NCBI GenBank assembly: GCA_018658715.1 | Contig: JABHUQ010000074.1 | Location: 12,807-76,806 of the forward strand | Origin: Fidelibacterota bacterium | GTDB lineage: Bacteria; Fidelibacterota; Marinisomatia; Marinisomatales; UBA1611 | Direction: 5' to 3' | Length of the DNA stretch: 64,000 nucleotides | Shown: piece after piece, positions 1 through 9,435 of the stretch | How the letters are laid out: each line of letters begins with the position of its first letter | Position numbering within the stretch: position 1 is the stretch's first letter | Translations under genes and position numbers: made by a program | The notes under the pieces: model-generated | Databases searched by the model: none | What the model saw: only the letters and a program-made list of their open reading frames with translations | What the model was told of the DNA's origin: nothing

Positions 1-587
1 TTCAAATTGATAAAACATCATCCGACTATGATCGTGAAAAACTGCAAGAACGTTTAGCTAAACTTTCTGGTGGTGTTGCTGTCATTAATGTTGGTGCTGC
101 GACAGAAGTTGAAATGAAAGAAAAGAAAGCTCGGGTTGAAGATGCATTGCATGCAACTCGTGCAGCAGTTGAAGAAGGTATTGTACCTGGCGGTGGTGTA
201 GCTTTATTAAGATCTATTCCAGCTTTAGACAATGTTGAAGTTCCATCAGACCAACAAATTGGTGTTGATATTTTACGTAGAGCATTAGAAAGTCCTGTTC
301 GTCAGATTACTGAAAATGCCGGGCTTGAACCTTCTATCATTGTACAAAATATCAAAGATGGAAAAGATGATTATGGCTATGATGCTCGTAATGATGAATA
401 TGTAAACATGTTTGATGCAGGTATCATTGATCCGGCAAAAGTCACACGTGTTGCAGTTGAAAATGCTGCATCTATTTCTGGTTTGTTGCTCACAACTGAA
501 GCAGCTATAACTGAAATCCCAGAACCTGAAGCTCCAATGCCACCAATGGGTGACCCTGGAATGGGCGGTATGGGTGGAATGATGTAA
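1..587 (+). CDS. groL: Chaperonin GroEL (Cpn60), C-terminal ~195 aa; the 5' end lies outside the window
   Basis: The frame is open from the window edge. [43 protein letters not shown] and the Gly-Met tail [12 protein letters not shown] are hallmark GroEL motifs. Confidence 0.95.
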   Translation, partial: QIDKTSSDYDREKLQERLAKLSGGVAVINVGAATEVEMKEKKARVEDALHATRAAVEEGIVPGGGVALLRSIPALDNVEVPSDQQIGVDILRRALESPVRQITENAGLEPSIIVQNIKDGKDDYGYDARNDEYVNMFDAGIIDPAKVTRVAVENAASISGLLLTTEAAITEIPEPEAPMPPMGDPGMGGMGGMM

Positions 588-603
588 TCTCATCAAAATG
601 AAT

Positions 604-640
604 AAAAAAAGCTCTTTCGGTTCGGAAGAGCTTTTTTTTT
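604..640 (+). terminator. Rho-independent terminator after groEL
   Basis: An 8-bp stem GCTCTTTC/GGAAGAGC (611-618 pairs with 624-631, one G-U) has a 5-nt loop. It is followed by a T9 run (632-640) and preceded by an A7 run, 17 nt after the groEL stop. Confidence 0.8.
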
Positions 641-718
641 ATATAATAAATCCTTCTATCATAGAGATTGATATTTAGCTAAAATTCATTCCTAATTATC
701 AAGGAAAATAATATACTT

Positions 719-1441
719 ATGAGAGAAATAATCAAAGAATATCTATACCAGCCTGAATCGTTTGTTCTATTTGGGTCAGCACATATAATTACTCTTATTT
801 TATTTCTAGCATTGTGGGTTTGGTTACCCAAACTTGCAAAAGAAAAATTATCGATTCAAGAACAGGAGTCTTTTGGTAGATGGCTTTCTTATATAATTGC
901 TTTCCAATATGTTGCATGGGTTCTACTTGAAATAATGGCTGGGACGTTTGATGTAAAAGTCCATTTACCTGTACATTTATGTCGATTTGCCAACTTAGCG
1001 TTACCGTTTGTAATGATTTATAAAAATCAGTTATGGTTTGAAATCATATTCTTTTTTGGACTTTCGGCGATGTTTCAAGCATCCATCACTCCAGATATTA
1101 TACATGGATTTCCACATTTCCATTTTTTTCGATTCTTTATATGTCATAGTGGACAAGTCTTAGCTATTATTTACCTTGTTGTTGTGTTTGGACTTAAGCC
1201 TCGAAGAAAAGGAATTTGGCTAGCCATGATTGGATTAAATATATTTCTATTTGTTGCATTTGTGACAAATACTATATTGGATTCAAATTATTTTTGGATC
1301 AGAAATAAACCACCTGTCCCATCATTATTAGATTATTTAGGCGATTGGCCTTGGTATTTGGTGTGGGCTGAAGGAATTGCATTGCTTCATTTTTTTATTG
1401 TTTACACCCCATTTTTCTTTATGAAAAAAAAGGCGAATTAA
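719..1441 (+). CDS. Polytopic integral membrane protein, possibly TIGR02206/YwaF-like
   Basis: The 240-aa ORF has multiple hydrophobic helices. HLPVHLCRFANL resembles the conserved LPLHLC motif of that family (recalled, not searched). Its stop abuts the next ATG (TAAATG). Confidence 0.55.
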   Translation: MREIIKEYLYQPESFVLFGSAHIITLILFLALWVWLPKLAKEKLSIQEQESFGRWLSYIIAFQYVAWVLLEIMAGTFDVKVHLPVHLCRFANLALPFVMIYKNQLWFEIIFFFGLSAMFQASITPDIIHGFPHFHFFRFFICHSGQVLAIIYLVVVFGLKPRRKGIWLAMIGLNIFLFVAFVTNTILDSNYFWIRNKPPVPSLLDYLGDWPWYLVWAEGIALLHFFIVYTPFFFMKKKAN

Positions 1442-3571
1442 ATGGAAAAACTTAAATGGTTAATAATATTGATTGTCGTGAGCCTTTTTATAATTAATCC
1501 TATGATACAAAAAAATAGAAATATCAAAATGACCATTCCACCCTCGGCGAAAAAAATACCTAAAGATGTAACCGTTCACAATGATGAAAGAATTGATAAT
1601 TATGGTTGGCTTAGAGATAAAACTTCATCTCAAGTATTAAATTATTTAAAAGCAGAGAATGTGTATACAAAAGACAATATGCTTCATACACAATCATTGC
1701 AGGATCGATTATTTAGAGAAATGAAACGTCGCTTAAAAGAAAATGATAATACGGCTCCACATAAGTGGAAAAATTATTGGTACTATTCTAGAACAGAAGA
1801 AAATAAACAATATTCAATTTTTGTTCGGAAAAAAGAGACACTTGATGCGAAAGAAGAAATCACATTAGATTTAAATCAGTTCGTATCAAAACATGATTAT
1901 GTATTTTTGAGTGGATATAAAATTTCACCAAATCAAAATTTATTGGCATATACGATTGATTTTGATGGATCGGAAAATTATATACTCAAAATAAAAGATT
2001 TAAAATTAAATGTAGAGTTGTCTGATAAATTAATTGGGTTGGCAGAAAGTGTTGAATGGGCAAATGATAATGAAACACTTTTCTATGTTACGAAAGATGA
2101 TGCAAGTCGCCCTTTTCAATTATGGCGACACAGTTTGGGAACTGATCAAGCTGAAGATAGCCTCATTTACGAAGAAAATGATGAATCATATCATATGGAA
2201 TTGAAACGATCTAAAAGTGGTAAATATATATTTATGATTTTAGGGAATAATATAACAACTGAATGTTGGGTGTTAGATCGAGATCTCCCAAATAATGATT
2301 TCATCCTTATGCAAGAAAGGCGTGATGGAGTTGAATATGAGCCTATGCATCAAGGAAACAGGTTTTTAATATTAACAAATGATGAAAGCCTAAATTTCAA
2401 ATTAGTTTCAGCACCCATTGATAATCCAAGTGTAGGATATTGGGAAGATGTGATCCCGCATCGTGAAGAAGTCAAATTAGAAGAAGTAGAATCTTTTGAA
2501 AATAATATTGCAGTTTTTGAGCGGATCAATGGTAATGTAAATATTAACATTTATTCACCTGATTTCGAAAATGTGCATACTGTAGAATTGCCCGATTCTT
2601 TATATGAAGTTGGAGCAGATTATAATTTAGAATACTCTACACAAGCATTGCGGATTTATTTTACCTCATTCAAAATACCTTATTCCTATTATGATTATTT
2701 GATGGATGATAAAAATTTAGTTTTAATCAAAAGAGATCCTGTGTTGGGTGGATACAATCCTGACAAATATGAATCAAAACGTCTTTTTGCAAAAGGACAT
2801 GATGGAAAAAATATTCCACTTTCATTATTTTATAAAAAGAACATAAAACTGGATGGAAATAATCCTGTGTATTTGGATGGATATGGATCTTATGGTGACA
2901 CATATGATCCTGCATTTTCTTCTCGTAGGCTAAGTTTAGTAGACCGTGGTGTTATTTATATTCGAGCACATATTCGTGGAAGTTCATTTTTAGGTCGCGG
3001 TTGGTACAATGATGGGAAATTGAGCTATAAGCAGAACACATTTTCAGACTTTATATCGTCCGCAGAATTTTTAATATCTGAAAAATATACATCAAATAAT
3101 AAAATTGTAATATATGGAGGAAGTGCAGGTGGACTTCTAATAGGAGCCGTATTAAATCAAAGTCCACATTTATTTAAAGCAGCCATTGCCGATGTTCCAT
3201 TTGTAGATGTAATCAACACTATGTTAGATGAGACAATTCCCTTAACTGTAATAGAATATGACGAATGGGGAAACCCAAATATGGTTGAAGATTATAAACA
3301 TATGATAGCCTATTCGCCATATGATAATGTATTTAAACAAGATTATCCAGCTCTACTCGTTATTGCAGGATTAAACGATCCAAGAGTTGGCTATTGGGAG
3401 CCTGCAAAGTGGGTAGCTAAATTGAGAGAAATAAAGACAGATAAAAATATATTAATGTTAAAAACGCATATGGATGCAGGACATTTTTCATCTTCAGGAC
3501 GATATGACTATTTAAAAGATGTGGCTTTTTACTATGCATTTGCCTTAGATCAATTGGGAATAAATAAGTGA
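1442..3571 (+). CDS. ptrB: Oligopeptidase B / protease II (S9A prolyl oligopeptidase family)
   Basis: PPSAKKIP...HNDERIDNYGWLRD begins the propeller domain. The C-terminal hydrolase domain has the GGSAGGLL nucleophile elbow, GLNDPRV and DAGH. The first 29 aa are a hydrophobic extension, with an alternative start at Met30 (nt 1529). Confidence 0.85.
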   Translation: MEKLKWLIILIVVSLFIINPMIQKNRNIKMTIPPSAKKIPKDVTVHNDERIDNYGWLRDKTSSQVLNYLKAENVYTKDNMLHTQSLQDRLFREMKRRLKENDNTAPHKWKNYWYYSRTEENKQYSIFVRKKETLDAKEEITLDLNQFVSKHDYVFLSGYKISPNQNLLAYTIDFDGSENYILKIKDLKLNVELSDKLIGLAESVEWANDNETLFYVTKDDASRPFQLWRHSLGTDQAEDSLIYEENDESYHMELKRSKSGKYIFMILGNNITTECWVLDRDLPNNDFILMQERRDGVEYEPMHQGNRFLILTNDESLNFKLVSAPIDNPSVGYWEDVIPHREEVKLEEVESFENNIAVFERINGNVNINIYSPDFENVHTVELPDSLYEVGADYNLEYSTQALRIYFTSFKIPYSYYDYLMDDKNLVLIKRDPVLGGYNPDKYESKRLFAKGHDGKNIPLSLFYKKNIKLDGNNPVYLDGYGSYGDTYDPAFSSRRLSLVDRGVIYIRAHIRGSSFLGRGWYNDGKLSYKQNTFSDFISSAEFLISEKYTSNNKIVIYGGSAGGLLIGAVLNQSPHLFKAAIADVPFVDVINTMLDETIPLTVIEYDEWGNPNMVEDYKHMIAYSPYDNVFKQDYPALLVIAGLNDPRVGYWEPAKWVAKLREIKTDKNILMLKTHMDAGHFSSSGRYDYLKDVAFYYAFALDQLGINK

Positions 3572-4932
3572 AATTGATTTCAATCAATCCATCAACTGGC
3601 GAAGAAATTTCTCTTTATAAAGAGCATTCATCAAGGGAAGTGATGGAAATGCTGGATTTAGCAAGTCGTTCACAGCAAGATTGGAAGAATAATCGATTAT
3701 CATTAAAAATAGAATATTTACCAACACTTTCTTCACTTTTGAAAGATAGAACAAAAGAATTAGCTATTTGCATGGCAGAAGAAATGGGCAAACCAATTTC
3801 ACAGGGTATCTCAGAAATTACTAAGTGTGCATCTCTTTGTGATTATTATTACTCAAATTCAGTTGAATTCCTAAAGCCGCAATATATTGATACGGAAGCA
3901 ACTGAAAGCTACTTTCTATATGAGCCATTAGGAGTTATCTTGGGTATTATGCCTTGGAATTTTCCATTTTGGCAAGTATTTAGATTTGCAATACCAACGT
4001 TAATTGCTGGAAATAGTATCATTATAAAACATGCCTCCAATGTTCAAGGATGTGCAAACCAATTAGAAAAACTATTTAAAGATGCAGGATTTCAAAAAGG
4101 ATTATTTCAAAATCTTTCTTTATCATCCATAAATATGAAGGATATTATAGAGCATTCTACTATTCAAGGTGTTTCATTTACGGGAAGTACTTTGGCAGGA
4201 AAAGCAGTAGGAGAATTGGCTGGACGCACTCTTAAAAAAGTAGTTATGGAATTAGGAGGGAATGATCCATATGTTATCCTAAAGGATGCAGATTTAGATT
4301 TAGCAGTAGATTCATGTATTGATGGAAGAATTCTTAATGCCGGACAAAGTTGTATAGCTGCAAAAAGAATCATAGTTGATAAAGAAATTGTATCAAGTTT
4401 TATAAAAAAAATGGTTTTAAAAATAAATACTAAAATTATGGGTGACCCAATGGATGATGTAGATTTAGGACCCATGGTAAATATTTACGCACGAACTGTA
4501 TTACACCAGCAGGTGATAGAATCTGTCAATAAAGGTGCACGATTGATAGATGGAGGGTATATCCCAGATAGTGAAGGGGCATTTTACCCTTTAACTTTAT
4601 TAACGGATATAAAACCAGGGATGCCCGCTTTTGATGAAGAATTATTTGGACCTGTAATATCAATCGTTGAAGCAAATGATGAATCTCATGCTATCGAATT
4701 AGCTAATCAAACATCTTTTGGTTTGGGTGGTGCTGTATTTACTCAAAATATTAAGCGTGGAAAAGAAATAGCAGAAAAAGAAATACAGACAGGTGCATGT
4801 TTTGTGAATGATTTCGTAAAATCAGACCCCCGGTTACCATTTGGAGGTATCAAGGAGTCTGGGGTAGGGCGAGAAATGGCCCAAATTGGAATGACCGAAT
4901 TTGTCAACATAAAAACAGTGGTGATTAAATGA
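3568..4932 (+). CDS. NAD(P)-dependent aldehyde dehydrogenase, succinate-semialdehyde dehydrogenase-like
   Basis: The 454-aa product has the catalytic Glu motif MELGGNDP, the catalytic Cys motif NAGQSCIAAKR and the C-terminal PFGGIKESGVGRE. A GTG start overlaps the upstream stop (GTGA). Confidence 0.85.
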   Translation: MKLISINPSTGEEISLYKEHSSREVMEMLDLASRSQQDWKNNRLSLKIEYLPTLSSLLKDRTKELAICMAEEMGKPISQGISEITKCASLCDYYYSNSVEFLKPQYIDTEATESYFLYEPLGVILGIMPWNFPFWQVFRFAIPTLIAGNSIIIKHASNVQGCANQLEKLFKDAGFQKGLFQNLSLSSINMKDIIEHSTIQGVSFTGSTLAGKAVGELAGRTLKKVVMELGGNDPYVILKDADLDLAVDSCIDGRILNAGQSCIAAKRIIVDKEIVSSFIKKMVLKINTKIMGDPMDDVDLGPMVNIYARTVLHQQVIESVNKGARLIDGGYIPDSEGAFYPLTLLTDIKPGMPAFDEELFGPVISIVEANDESHAIELANQTSFGLGGAVFTQNIKRGKEIAEKEIQTGACFVNDFVKSDPRLPFGGIKESGVGREMAQIGMTEFVNIKTVVIK

Positions 4933-5432
4933 ATAAAAAACTAATAACAATTATTAGTGTCTTAACTATTATTGGTTGGAAGATAGAGGCTCAGCAAAAT
5001 AGATTATTTTGGGATGGGCGTGATTGGAATCGTGTTGCTCGTAAGGTAGATTATCATCCTGAAAGGATATATGAAGTTAAGAGTGCTTATGTCATAGGTG
5101 CGTTAGATGGCAAATTATATGGATATTTAAAAACGTGGTCTGCAAATTCTGCAATAGCAGATAGCGTATTTGGAGAGGCTACAGATTACCTTACGACTCG
5201 AGAGTTAATTAAAAATCTAGATTATTTTTATGAGAATTCAATCAATGGGTATATCCCAGTTCCAGCTGCTATAGTTATTGCTAACCTAACTGCAACTCGT
5301 GTACCGCCTGAGATATTAGACCAATATATATCTGCAACTCGTGATTGGATTAATAATCTTCATTTAGGGCTAGATACCCTGAACTATAGTCGATTATTAG
5401 AAGAAAAATATCTAAAGTATAATGGGAAGTAA
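4929..5432 (+). CDS. Small secreted hypothetical protein (paralogue of 41476-41925)
   Basis: It has an ATGA overlap with the upstream gene and a signal-like N-terminus MNKKLITIISVLTIIGWKIEAQ. It shares colinear motifs with ORF 41476-41925 (see findings). Confidence 0.6.
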   Translation: MNKKLITIISVLTIIGWKIEAQQNRLFWDGRDWNRVARKVDYHPERIYEVKSAYVIGALDGKLYGYLKTWSANSAIADSVFGEATDYLTTRELIKNLDYFYENSINGYIPVPAAIVIANLTATRVPPEILDQYISATRDWINNLHLGLDTLNYSRLLEEKYLKYNGK

Positions 5433-5433
5433 T

Positions 5434-5835
5434 TTAATCTACTCGAATAAAACCTGACTCCGGATGCCAAGTGAAAATTCGTTTATCTCCACGAAATCGT
5501 ACTTTACTAATCTTAAATTCATAGTTGTTTGGTTTCAATGCACCCATTCCGAAAACTTCTGATTTTGTTGTCGAAAACCCAACAAATAATGGTGGTTCAT
5601 ATCCGTATATTAAAGTAATACGTTTTTCTTGTAATAAATTCCCTGTTGCTGTTTTTTCTTCGAGAAAGCCTTCTAGAAATTCAATAGGTTGATTGATAAA
5701 ACTTGTTACTTGAATAGTTACTACTACTTTTTCATCCTTAACAAGTCTTGGGCGAACATCTATTTCAAATGGGTTCGGCTTTTCTGCGAAACAGAAAGAT
5801 AAAATAAATCCTAAGAAAATGATTCGTTTAAGCAT
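5434..5835 (-). CDS. Small secreted hypothetical protein
   Basis: The 133-aa ORF has the signal-like N-terminus MLKRIIFLGFILSFCFA and a beta-rich composition. It is convergent with the previous gene, with one nt between the stops. Confidence 0.55.
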   Translation of the reverse strand: MLKRIIFLGFILSFCFAEKPNPFEIDVRPRLVKDEKVVVTIQVTSFINQPIEFLEGFLEEKTATGNLLQEKRITLIYGYEPPLFVGFSTTKSEVFGMGALKPNNYEFKISKVRFRGDKRIFTWHPESGFIRVD

Positions 5836-5939
5836 GCTGGAAATTGGTGTTTTTTATTGAAATTGAAAAGAAAAAGGTATGAAACATTTTGTTGAAGGAA
5901 ATAGTATAAGGTAGATTCTAAAATGCCACTGTATTTAAT

Positions 5940-7007
5940 ATGTCAAAAAAGTACTTAAAAGAAGAAATAGATAGAATATCTCACCTATTTATTCCCCATC
6001 AAATTGGGAATGGGAATGATGCATGGATTGTTAGAGGATCTTTAACAAGTACTGCAACATTGGATGATGTGGAATATCAATTACGTCAATCTTCATTTGA
6101 TGTACAATCTTTTATTCAGGGAACAGAAGTAACTCTCGTAATGAATATAAAAGAAGAGCCAATTCTATTTTCAATGCCATCAATTTCGAAAATTCATATT
6201 TTGCTTTTTCTCACCACCATTGGCACCACATTATTAGCTGGATCAATTATGGCGGGAGGAAATCCATTTTCTACCTTTTCAGATTTATGGAAAGGACTTT
6301 CATTCTCAGTAACTTTAATGATGATATTAGGTTTCCATGAAACTGGGCATTATATCTTTGCGAGAAAACATGGTGTAGATGCGACATTACCTTATTTTTT
6401 ACCAGCACCTACATTTATTGGAACTTTTGGTGCATTCATAAAAATAAAATCACCTATCTATAAACGTAAAGCACTATTGGATATTGGTGCATCTGGGCCT
6501 ATAGCTGGATTTTTAGTTGCAGTTCCAGCATTAATATGGGGATTATTTCATTCAAACGTTGTTACGGTTACGAGTGAGCAGTTGGGAATCCAGCTGGGAG
6601 ATTCATTATTAATGAAATTATTAACATATTCCATTTTCCCAACATTGTTAGAAACACAAGACATTATTTTACATCCTGTTGCTTTTGCTGGTTGGATTGG
6701 TTTATTAGTGACCATGTTAAATCTATTACCAATTGGTCAATTGGATGGCGGCCATATTGCTTATGCTATTTTGGGGCGTAAATTTGACAGAGTAGCTAAG
6801 ATTGCTTGGTTTATGCTTATTCCAATGGCATTTATTTCTATAAACTGGTTGGTATGGGGGATTTTGATAATGTTACTTATGCGAACAACAAAACATCCAC
6901 CTGTTGCAAATATAGATGAACCGCTCAAAAAGAGTGAAAAACGTATTGGATGGATCAGTTTAATTATTTTTATTTTATGTTTTATTCCAGCACCTTTTCC
7001 ATCTTAA
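5940..7007 (+). CDS. Site-2 protease family (M50) intramembrane zinc metalloprotease
   Basis: It has HETGHYIFARKHG (HExxH within a hydrophobic segment) and NLLPIGQLDGGH (the second M50 ligand motif). It is polytopic. Confidence 0.8.
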   Translation: MSKKYLKEEIDRISHLFIPHQIGNGNDAWIVRGSLTSTATLDDVEYQLRQSSFDVQSFIQGTEVTLVMNIKEEPILFSMPSISKIHILLFLTTIGTTLLAGSIMAGGNPFSTFSDLWKGLSFSVTLMMILGFHETGHYIFARKHGVDATLPYFLPAPTFIGTFGAFIKIKSPIYKRKALLDIGASGPIAGFLVAVPALIWGLFHSNVVTVTSEQLGIQLGDSLLMKLLTYSIFPTLLETQDIILHPVAFAGWIGLLVTMLNLLPIGQLDGGHIAYAILGRKFDRVAKIAWFMLIPMAFISINWLVWGILIMLLMRTTKHPPVANIDEPLKKSEKRIGWISLIIFILCFIPAPFPS

Positions 7008-7008
7008 A

Positions 7009-9363
7009 ATGAAAAAAATCATACTATATATAATAATGTTATCTCTCTTATTTTCACAATCAAGAATTAGGGATTGGAAAGTGGAAACCAGTACTATTAA
7101 TATTCAAAAATTGGTTAGCTATAATGGTACAATTTTAGGAGCAACTCATGGTGGATTATTAAAATATGAAGAAAGTGTTTTTTCGCATTTATCTACTATG
7201 AATGGTTTAGCAGACATTTCTCTAAATACAATTCATTTAGACCCACATGGGTACCTTTGGATTGGGGGGGGAGCTCCCAATGGATTTATCCAAATAATGA
7301 ATCCAATATCATTTGAATCTATGGATGTATTTAATTATGATTTATCGTCTATTTCAGTTTTTAATATTTCAGAATCAATAGGTTTTGCTGCTTATATGGA
7401 TGGTCCAGATGTAGGTTTACTCAAATGGATTTATTCTGATGGAGAATGGATATACAGTGATATATATAAAAATTTCGCAAACCAATTTATGGAAATTACA
7501 GGTATTGTGTTAAGTGATGATGCTATTTATATTGGAACGGATATTGGATTGTGGGCTGGAACTTTAACTAATAATTTAAAAGACCCTAATAATTGGGCTA
7601 TAGTCTTTCCTGAAATAAATAACCGTATTAATGCCATAACCCAATCTGACTCTTTTGTAGGTTTTTCTCATGATAGCCATTTGTATGAATTCTCTCTTAC
7701 TAATCCAGGTGCCTTAACAGAAAATATGAGCGGAGAAAATATCAATTTTGTTGATTTGAATTATACACCCAATAATATTTTGAAGGGTATTTCTGAGAAT
7801 AGAATATATGATTTGATTTCTGGTTTGGTTTCTCCAAAGAGTAAACGATCTTTTCAGAGTATAGTTATGGATGATGCGAACCAAATCGTTATAGGGACAG
7901 ACGCAGGGCTTGCCTTTTATGATGTCAATCAAAACAATTTTGAAATTAGTATTCCAAATTCACCTGTGACGAACCATTTTACAGCCGTAAAGGTATTAGA
8001 AGATGGTCGAATTGTATGCGGTTCAAAATACGGATTATCCATTTTTGAAGACGATGGTTGGCGAAATATTCTTGAAATTACAAGGGACAGTTCTGAAATT
8101 GTACAATCGAGTACTAATTATGACTATTCTAGGTTTATTGCAGATACTGTTGCTGTGGAATTCGGTGAATATATATCTGATATTGAGCAAGGTCCTGATG
8201 GGCGTGTATATTGTGCAATTCGTGGGGTGCGTGACTCCATTTGGTGGGGTGGACCCAGAAGATATGGGGGTGGAGTAATTCATTTAGATATAGATGATCC
8301 CACAAACTTGACCATTATAAATTCGACTGATTTAGATTATTTCGATGAAGCAAATGGGAATAACTATCAATTAGTCATGGATTTACAATTTGATAAGTAT
8401 GGGAATCTATGGATTGCAAATCCATACGCAGTACATAAACGGGAACCAATACATGTTATTGATACAATTGGTGATTGGTTTCATTATTCATCGGACGATG
8501 CAAATAATCATTTAAGCCGATCTCCCGGATCTTTAACATTCGACAATTGGGGAAGATTGTGGGTGGCGGCATTTCAGGCAGAAGAAGCAAATTCAGATGC
8601 ACCAAATGGTGGATTATTTATGCTCGATTATTATGGATATGTTACAAATCCAAATTCATTTGAATGGACCTCGATTATTGACGGTGGTTCAGTATGGTCG
8701 ATTGCTATGGGTAATATGGATAGATTATTTTATTTGACGCCAACAGGATTAAACTATTTTGATTTAGTGAATAGTCCTTCTCCTGTAGAAAGAGAAAATC
8801 CCTATGCCTTTTTCCCAAATATATCATTTGGCTCAGGATCCAAATTACGAGTGGACTATCGAGGAAATATTTGGGCTTTATCTCCCACAAATGGGATTCA
8901 TGTATTATTAGATAATACATCCCCATGGCCGGATATTAATGGATTGCGAAAAGAAAATTCATTTTTAACATCTGACGAAGTTATTGATGTGGATTTTGAT
9001 TCAAATAATGGATTAGCCTACATTGCAACATCCAATGGACTAAATATTTTTAGAATCCCATTTAAAAAATCATATGAAAATTATTCTGAAATGAAAATTT
9101 ATCCAAGCCCATTTCATCTTCCGGCAGACACACCATTGATTGTAGACGGATTAACGGATGATTCATCTATGATGGTTATGACATTAAATGGACATATTAT
9201 TCGAAAAATTCCTTCAGCAGGTTTAGCGAATGACGGCTATCAATTGCAATGGGATGGGAAAGATGAAGATGGTAATTGGTTGGGGAGTGGTGTTTACCTA
9301 CTTTCCATATATGATTATTCGGGTCAGAGTCAAATCGGAAAAGTAACTGTAATTAAACATTAG
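7009..9363 (+). CDS. Secreted beta-propeller repeat protein (two-component-regulator-propeller-like) with a FlgD-Ig/T9SS-like C-terminal domain
   Basis: It has a signal peptide MKKIILYIIMLSLLFSQS and recurring GGLLKY / GLWAGT / GLAFYD / GLSIFED / GLNYFD / GLNIFR blade motifs. The last ~85 aa (IYPSPFHLPADTPLIV...QLQWDGKDEDGNWLGSGVYLLSIYD...KVTVIKH) fit the FlgD-Ig/Por-secretion tail pattern. Confidence 0.7.
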   Translation: MKKIILYIIMLSLLFSQSRIRDWKVETSTINIQKLVSYNGTILGATHGGLLKYEESVFSHLSTMNGLADISLNTIHLDPHGYLWIGGGAPNGFIQIMNPISFESMDVFNYDLSSISVFNISESIGFAAYMDGPDVGLLKWIYSDGEWIYSDIYKNFANQFMEITGIVLSDDAIYIGTDIGLWAGTLTNNLKDPNNWAIVFPEINNRINAITQSDSFVGFSHDSHLYEFSLTNPGALTENMSGENINFVDLNYTPNNILKGISENRIYDLISGLVSPKSKRSFQSIVMDDANQIVIGTDAGLAFYDVNQNNFEISIPNSPVTNHFTAVKVLEDGRIVCGSKYGLSIFEDDGWRNILEITRDSSEIVQSSTNYDYSRFIADTVAVEFGEYISDIEQGPDGRVYCAIRGVRDSIWWGGPRRYGGGVIHLDIDDPTNLTIINSTDLDYFDEANGNNYQLVMDLQFDKYGNLWIANPYAVHKREPIHVIDTIGDWFHYSSDDANNHLSRSPGSLTFDNWGRLWVAAFQAEEANSDAPNGGLFMLDYYGYVTNPNSFEWTSIIDGGSVWSIAMGNMDRLFYLTPTGLNYFDLVNSPSPVERENPYAFFPNISFGSGSKLRVDYRGNIWALSPTNGIHVLLDNTSPWPDINGLRKENSFLTSDEVIDVDFDSNNGLAYIATSNGLNIFRIPFKKSYENYSEMKIYPSPFHLPADTPLIVDGLTDDSSMMVMTLNGHIIRKIPSAGLANDGYQLQWDGKDEDGNWLGSGVYLLSIYDYSGQSQIGKVTVIKH

Positions 9364-9435
9364 TGTTTCTTCCAATTTTGCAGTTGAACCACTAGAAGGG
9401 GAAGGGTAACTTTCTCTTCTAAAAAATAAAGTTTC

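Noticed and set aside
285-596. Long antisense or alternative-frame ORFs from the track: 285-596, 4164-4475, 8003-8278, 8035-8283, 16525-16824, 42427-42789, 46285-46605, 46666-46908, 57379-57720 and similar.
   Set aside because: Each lies entirely inside a confidently assigned gene on the other strand or in another frame. Their translations are low-complexity or Cys/Ser/Ile-rich nonsense without motifs. They are typical shadow ORFs.
9394-9420. Hairpin AGAAGGGGAA-gggtaac-TTTCTCTTCT after the propeller gene, as a possible terminator.
   Set aside because: The stem needs two G-U pairs and is followed by an A-run, not a T-run, on the + strand. It does not fit an intrinsic terminator for the upstream + strand gene. 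It might be a stability element, but that is not supportable.
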